Assembly: GCF_001194135.2 (NCBI RefSeq)
Contig: NC_068998.1
Coordinates: 27,418,542 to 27,474,255, forward strand
Source: Octopus bimaculoides
Lineage: Eukaryota
Reading direction: 5' to 3'
Length of the DNA stretch: 55,714 bases
Part shown: positions 48,931-55,714 of the stretch, piece by piece
Layout: each line of letters begins with the position of its first letter
Numbering within the stretch: position 1 is the stretch's first letter
The notes under the pieces: generated by a model
Database searches by the model: none
The model's input: the letters and a program-made list of their open reading frames with translations, nothing else
Told to the model about the DNA's origin: nothing
Program-made: the position numbers and the translations under genes

Positions 48931-49505
48931 ACCGTCATTTTATTCGCTTCACACTCACCACTCACCACGTTTACCTACTAGATAGAGGTGGAAGAGAAAG
49001 AAAGAGAACGTATTCCATATAAGTTTCTGATAGAGGTTCTAGGAGAAAGATTTCAGGTACAGATGGTGTGGGGGGGGGGTGGACAAACGCACCATGAATG
49101 ACCAAGCAGCATGGCTGCCCCATGCCCAAGATGTAAGGCCATATAAGATATCCAAACAATGCAAAAGGTATTAACATAGAGCATGGAAGAAAGTGAGGTT
49201 TTAGATATAATATGAGCAGGATAAAATAAAATTAGGATTGCTTAACGTAGCTAGCAAGGTTTTAGACATAATAGGAGTGAGATAAAATTTTTGAGAATTA
49301 AAGCTATGGAAGGAAAAACGGAATTGAACATTAGGATTGCTTAACTTTACTACATAACATATAGTATGAAGTGAGGTGAGAAATAAAGTTGGGTAGAGAA
49401 GATCAAGTTGCTTATTTGAACATTTCTCCTTCTTAACATGTCTGCTCTGTATGACTAGAATTGCAAGTATGAGGGTACGACCTTTATTTATATATAAATG
49501 TATAT

Positions 49506-50317
49506 ACTAACTGATGTAATTCCTGGGAAAGTGGGGCTTATCTGGGTTCCATTCTCAAAATTGTTTTGCTAATCCAATAACAACAATACAAAGTATGTAG
49601 CCCTTAAAATGGTTTTTGTGCGTTTACAGAGAATACCAAACTGTCTTACGCAGGATCTTGTTTTTAGGAATTCCCAATAAGTTATGAATACCCAAATTGT
49701 GAAGTCAGTTATGTAATAACATGAAATTAGTTACCCGATAGTAAGAATTCAAATAAAGTAGCCCCGCAAAGAGCTATAATGCATTCCCAAGGTATACATG
49801 CTAAAATTGTGAAGCATGTTTCGTATAACAGGCTAATCAGATATGAGATAATAACAATTCAAAGTAAATAAAAAATGAAAAGGGCTTTTGTACATTCCCA
49901 GAGAATATTACCCTCAGGGGCGCTAGTGTTAGTATATTCGTGAATAAGTCACTAACCAAAATAAGTGGATCTATTGTTTAGGAAAATACTATTTACTTAT
50001 TTAAGGGTTGTACTGGATAAATTGTGAAAATAACTCTAACAGTTCAAATACTGAGAAATAAGCATACTCGATTTCATTTTTACCAAATAATTTAGGAATA
50101 TGAATGGGTTATTTGTCTTGACTATATATAAGGATCCATTCCAGGGCTCCTATTATCGATTTTTTTTTTCAACTATCTGAGTATGCCTTGAGATTTCCAG
50201 ACATGAGTTCTACTCATGTGTCAAGTTTCATCAAAATCCATAAAACGATGTAGGAGGAGTTAACTAACAACTCCACAAACACACCCACAGACAGAATTTC
50301 CCACATATGTAGTAGAT
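49506..50317 (+). mobile_element. probable Helentron-associated non-autonomous element (HINE/DINE-1-like)
   Basis: 3' region caagtttcatcaaaatcc...hairpin ggagtt-aactaac-aactcc (50256-74)...acagacag...tagat; recurring internal aaattgtgaa blocks. The 5' end is a guess. Confidence 0.4.
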
Positions 50318-51290
50318 ATGTATGTGTGTGTGTGTGTGTATGTGTGTATATGTATCTGTGTGTGTATATGTATGTGTATATATGTGTGTGTATGTATGTG
50401 TATATGTGTGTGTGTGTGTATACGTTTATGTAATGTATGTATATGTTTGTGTATATATACGTGTATGTATGTATATAAATATGTGTATATATGTATGTAT
50501 ATATGTGTGTGTGTGTGTGTGTGTGCATATATATGTATGTGTGTATATATGTGTCTGTATATGTGTATATATGTATGTGTGTGTGTATATATGTATATAT
50601 ATGTGTATATGTGTGTGTGTATATATGTATATATATGTATATATGTATATGTATGTGTATATATGTATATGTATGTGTATATATGTATATATATGTGTAT
50701 ATGTATATGTATGTGTATATATGTGTATATGTATGTATATATATATGCGTGTATATATGTGTGTTTATATATGTATATATGTGTGTNNNNNNNNNNNNNN
50801 NNNNNNNNNNNNNNNNNNNNNNNNNNNNNNNNNNNNNNNNNNNNNNNNNNNNNNNNNNNNNNNNNNNNNNNNNNNNNNNNNNNNNNNNNNNNNNNNNNTG
50901 TATATATGTGTCTGTATATGTGTATATATGTATGTGTGTGTGTATATATGTATATATATGTGTATATGTGTGTGTGTATATATGTATATATATGTATATA
51001 TGTATATGTATGTGTATATATGTATATGTATGTGTATATATGTATATGTATGTGTATATATGTATATATATGTGTATATGTATATGTATGTGTATATATG
51101 TGTATATGTATGTATATATATATGCGTGTATATATGTGTGTTTATATATGTATATATGTGTGTGTATATATGTATATGTGTGTGTATATGTATAGGTACA
51201 TGTGTGTATATATGTATATATATATATATATGTATCTGTATTTATTTATGTATGTGTGTGTGTGTGTGTGTGTATATACATATATATAAT
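50318..51290. repeat. compound (TA/TG)n satellite spanning a gap
   Basis: Low-complexity purine-pyrimidine alternation; N run at 50787-50898. Confidence 0.95.
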
Positions 51291-52029
51291 TTGTGTAACA
51301 TGAAAGTGAGTCTGCATAGCATGCATGATGTACAATCTTGTGTGTGTATGTGTGTCGATGGTGTACTTATATTTATGGTTTTACATTTTTTCTAGTTGTT
51401 TCCAATGAGTTACAGAACTGGAAAGTGAAGTAACATTTTTATAATATTCTGTACTACAAAAGCCATCTGTTACTGCAGTTGTTTCTCTGAATATTTGGTT
51501 GTTGGGTATAACGAGATTTGGTAAATGGGAATTGTGAGTTTACAGTTTGTTCTTGAAGTGAACTCTGATGCCCTCTACTTATGTTCATTTTTACCATGCT
51601 TACGTGGGTTGGAGAGATAGTTTCCATCATAACATCTTGTCATTTGCTCCATTCTTTTACTTTCTTTTACTTTCACTGTGAGGCTCAACATCCTAAGAAC
51701 GGCATTCGCTATTTTTGCTCAGACCTTCAATTTCTTTTCACTTGGCTCTCCATGCATTAAAATACATACTAGTCATCTACTGGCGATCACTATCCTATAC
51801 GCTCTCTCTCTCCTATAAATGATTTATCTTGTGTCGGTATGAGAAATTCTGATTTTATACTAATGGAATATTAGGCTTGATATATTTGTGTATACAACCT
51901 TCCTCCAAAATGTGTGACCTTGTTGCTATGTTTGAAATCATTATTCGGGGTTGATAAAATAGGTATCTTATAAGTGCGTGTGTTTTAAAAGAAATATTAG
52001 ACATTAAAGGAATCAGATGTTGTGCACAA

Positions 52030-52260
52030 GAGAGAAGACTTTGTTGGTCATGTCATGTGTATGGATGACTGTATAAAGAAGTGCCAGTCACTTGAAGTGG
52101 ATGGACTTTGTAGAAGGAAGAGACCCAGGAAAGCATGGGACAAAATAGTCATGGCTGATCTCAAGATGTTGAACCTCACAGAGGAGATGACAAAGGACTG
52201 AAATGATGAACAATTCACTATTCTTGAGAAGACCTGTCCATGATAGCAAAGATAAGGTCC
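52030..52260 (+). mobile_element. RTE ORF C-terminal fragment
   Basis: FVGHVMCMDDCIKKCQSLEVDGLCRRKRPRKAWDKIVMADLKMLNLTEEMTKD; homologous to 47100-47280(-). Confidence 0.8.
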
Positions 52261-52719
52261 TAAAAGCATTTTTGTTTATATTTGTATGTACTGAGCCCTG
52301 CTGAGACTGTTTTCCTATCCAGCTGGGTGACCTCATTCAAAAGTTTCGCCAATGCCAGGAAGCACATTGTGACCAGTGGTGTATAACAACATCCAACAGT
52401 CTGATGAATACTGTGATACATATATATACATGTTTATATACATATATGTTTATATACATACATATATAAACACACGCACACATGTAACCTGCTGTTCCAT
52501 TACTGGTGGGATCAATAAAAGTACTCCATCCAGTGAGAAATATCATTTAATATAAACAATATAGTGTTCTTACATCATGAAACTAATAGTAGCTTTGTGT
52601 ATATTAAATGATGTTATCTCTTACTGGATGGAGTACTTTTTTGTTAATCCCATGAATAATGAAACAGTTACACAACTCCATAATGTGAATTTACTCCACA
52701 AATTCATATTCCAGTTACA

Positions 52720-52875
52720 TTGGCAACAGCGCTCAACTGCTACCTATTTTATCAATCTTGAAAGAATGAAAGGTAAAGTCGATCTTGATGGATTTGAACT
52801 CAGAATGTAAAGACAGACAAAATGCTACTTAAGCATTTTGCTTGGAATGCTAAGATTCTGCCAGCTCACCACCTT
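52720..52875 (-). mobile_element. SINE family B
   Basis: tacctattttatcaatcttgaaagaatgaaaggtaaagtcgatc...ggatttgaactcagaatg...attctgccagctcacc. Confidence 0.85.
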
Positions 52876-52896
52876 AAATACTGTGTATATTAAATG

Positions 52897-52927
<31 letters not shown>

Positions 52928-53439
52928 GATCTCATTTGTTTGCCTTTCTTTATCCATTACTATTATTCTCCACACCCACATGTTACAGTGGCCATCCCCC
53001 TCTCCAGACCACCAAATTATCTCTTCATGCATTTCACCTGTTTTATCTCTCTACTCCTACAACTTACCCAAACCTGTCATCTTTCTCCCTCCCTCACTAT
53101 CTCTCTCAACACTATCATTACTACCATCCTGAGGGGATGCACAAGTTAGGCAGGCAACCTTGTAGCCTCCCCACCTCATGCACCCTTTCCCTCAATCCTT
53201 ACAGATGTTGCCTACCTTTTTCTCCCACTTCCCCTATCTCTTACACCCCACACATTCTTGTGAACCCCAATTCCCTCCCACTACTGCTCATGCCACCTGG
53301 ATACCTCATCAGCACTGCATGTCTCTTTGGAGACACCTCTAATTCATCTTTCTCTCTTAAATGTGAGTAGTTATGTAGCTCTTCTTCCCTGACATACAGA
53401 GGCAGCATCCTCCCTCCCTGGGTTTGTTGACTTGCAATC

Positions 53440-53625
53440 TTCATAGTAACCCCAGTAGTGTCGGTGGTATGACAAAAGCACCCAGTACACACTGTGAAGT
53501 GGTTGGCATGAGGAAAGGTGTCCAGCTGCAGAAACTATGCTAAACCAGACACTGGAGTACAATGCAGTCAAACCATCCAACCCCTACCAGCATGGAACAT
53601 AAGCATTAAAGGATGATGATGATAT
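53440..53625 (+). mobile_element. RTE 3' tail copy
   Basis: aaaagcacccagtacacactgtgaagtggttggcatgaggaaaggtgtccagctg...gatgatgatgat. Confidence 0.75.
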
Positions 53626-54230
53626 ACACACAAACGTAATACTTGAGCTATCTCACTGCTGAGTAGGGAAAGAAAATGTATAATTTATATATTCATGCCA
53701 TTTGGCTTTTGCCTGTGTTGTGTTTTTGTTTAACCTTGAGTCAATCTTAATCAGGCAGACCTGTTCATCAGAGGCATTCCAGTTGTGGGAATCCCATCTT
53801 TTTATGTATGTCAAGAATATGATGGTCTTTTCTAGCAGAGCTAACAACCATATACTGATTTCTTCCTTGTCTGATTTTTGACTAGGTACCTTGTTTTTGT
53901 TTTTATTTTTTGTTTTATTTCATTGTAATCCTGACCCATATGCATTTACTCTGTTGTTGGCGTTCTCATTGCTAGTTTTAATTAGCATCAGTTGCTAATT
54001 GTCATTTTTGATAAATTAAATCTGATATTGCTATTATTATTTTTAAGATCCCCTCTCTCCTCTGGCTTTTTGCAACAAATTGCTATTAATTGCATCAATA
54101 TTACATCAATTTAACAAATTCACTTTGTCGATTCCAGCTTATTTCCTGTATATTAACAAAGATGAATATTTATCTCATGCCTTCTCTTTATTCACCAATG
54201 TTTTCTATTTGTTATTCACAGGTTAAAGAA

Positions 54231-54397
54231 ATGAATTCTGTGCAAAAGTCAACACTATTAGTTCGAGAAGAAAAAGATGGTGACCGCGAAAAAGTGAATT
54301 CTTTAGACATTGCCAATTTAGTAGCTGAAGTAGAACGGTTTACTAAGTTGATTGAGCCAGTGGCTTTTGTGATCTATGCTTTGGAAGATGTCCGGAG
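54231..54397 (+). CDS. ZFYVE27: probable first coding exon of a protrudin-like gene (exon 54222-54397; ATG at 54231; rest of gene outside the window)
   Basis: Acceptor ttttctatttgttattcacag and donor gag|gtaagt (phase 2 in an Arg codon). LDIANLVAEVERFTKLIEPVAFVIYALEDVRR aligns without gaps to human protrudin FDLFNLVLSYKRLEIYLEPLKDAGDGVRYLLR(W), recalled from memory: D, NLV, R, EP and terminal R are shared. One exon only, so GRAMD4/MCTP-like alternatives are not excluded. Confidence 0.6.
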
Positions 54398-55481
54398 GTA
54401 AGTATTTATTTTCACTTTCATCTTGAAATACATTTTATTTGTGTGTGTTTGTTTCGATAACTTTAAGTATACTCTTTGTCTAACATGTAACCTTATTTAT
54501 TGTGGCAGCAGCTTCAGCTTAGCAATGTCCATCTTCTTTGAAAGAAATTGCAGTTTTGAAATAGCCACAGCAAGATTTGGAGTCAGAATTAGAAATTATA
54601 TGCTACTCATTAATTTATAATCAGTTCAGCATTTATTCAAAAGGAGCTTCCTTTAGTAACTTATCTGTTATTGGGATTCTCAAGTAAGAAAAGTTTGGTG
54701 TTCCCAAATACTTAGTACCAATGATATATCAGTTCTACAATGTATCAACTCAAGCCATTGAGGCATAAATGTCTCTTATGTCTTTACATCTATCCTTCTG
54801 CAGGTTGAAGGGATTTTGTTAGAAAAATGGTTTTTTACAGTTAGATGTCTTTACTTCTATTGAACACGCAATCACTGGTTTAATTTATTTTAATACATTA
54901 CATAGTCATTACCAGAATATAAAATAATTATGATAAGTGCAGTCTTTAATATCAGTTTTAAAGATAAGATATTGCTATAGTAAGAATTGAACTATTGACC
55001 CTTGGAAAGCAGCTTAGCATGTTGATATCAGTCATATTACTGGAACAATTTAATTTTGTGTTTAGATGAAAGAAAATACAAAAATATGAAAGCAGATGAA
55101 AAATGTTCAGCAGTATGGGGTGCTAAAATGTGTTTGTACAGCTGTTGTTCAGGTTTTATGGGCAGGTTCTTAGCTCCAGTTTCTGATGTTATGCAAATGG
55201 GATAAATTTCTTCCTAGATAGAATGACAATGTTCTTGGAAGAGCTAACAATCTATGGTTAAAGCAAATAATAGACATTGAGGACCAAATGCTACTTTGAT
55301 ACCATCCTGCTATTCTGCCAGATCTGATTACTGTGAGGTTACAAAAATACTCTCCATATAAATTTAATATAATATATTTTTGTAGTTTTTCCCAAGGTTC
55401 CTCAATATGCTTAGATTGACTGCTTGTCAAGGTATTCTGAATTAGATAGAGCCATCTATGGGAAGTCACAGATGAATGATA

Positions 55482-55714
55482 ATCATCATCATCATCATCA
55501 TCGTTTAACGTCCGCTTTCCATGCTAGCATGGGTTGGACGATTTGACTGAGGACTGGTGAAACCGGATGGCAACACCAGGCTCCAGTCTGATTTGGCAGA
55601 GTTTCTACAGCTGGATGCCCTTCCTAACGCCAACCACTCAGAGAGTGTAGTGGGTGCTTTTACGTGTCACCCGCACGAAAACGGCCACGCTCGAAATGGT
55701 GTCTTTTATGTGCC
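55482..55714 (-). mobile_element. 3' tail of RTE-clade LINE (young copy), truncated by window end
   Basis: Exact reverse complement of 1-223, including (GAT)7. Confidence 0.85.

Noticed and set aside
49060-49150. Possible HDV-like ribozyme at the RTE 5' end
   Set aside because: GGCAUGG/CCAUGCU pairs as a simple hairpin with a 5-nt loop. I could not build the nested P1/P2/P3/P4 pseudoknot.
50540-51150. About 250-bp direct duplication on both sides of the 50787-50898 gap
   Set aside because: The flanks are the same sequence apart from one extra unit of about 20 bp. Most likely unmerged overlapping contigs or haplotypes.
50318-51395. Long ORFs (234-357 aa) of C/V/Y/M/I residues
   Set aside because: They are translations of (TA/TG)n satellite read through an N gap, not proteins.
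55547-55566. CUGAGGA-cuggu-GAAA-ccgg resembling a hammerhead core
   Set aside because: Only 5 unpaired nt lie between the core halves, with no stem II and no stem I. It is the antisense of the RTE tail.

Overview
AT-rich, repeat-saturated animal genomic DNA with four N-gaps (879-1370, 21716-21815, 32370-32379, 50787-50898). The SINE families and (TA/TG/CA)n load look to me like an octopod cephalopod (Octopus); this is recognition from memory, not a search. I can assign only one host coding exon: 54222-54397 (+), the probable first coding exon of a protrudin/ZFYVE27-like gene. The rest is intron-like or intergenic. It contains many tRNA-derived SINE copies, 3' tails of an RTE LINE (two 100% identical inverted copies form the window ends), one RT-deleted RTE body, a full-length decayed DD41D (rosa) and an internally deleted DD37D (maT) Tc1/mariner, several MITEs, a Penelope-like GIY-YIG 3' fragment and degenerate minisatellites. 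The most interesting signal is a set of dispersed minimal type I hammerhead ribozyme motifs: intact-looking at 822-878, one lesion each at 21254-21303 and 29854-29900, and an inverted decayed pair inside a fold-back at 28352-28487. Their stem III is palindromic or near-palindromic, the dimer-type design known from Penelope-like elements and retrozymes. Most ORFs in the supplied track are microsatellite or SINE read-throughs. Repeat boundaries are estimated by eye (about +/-20 bp unless exact termini are quoted).
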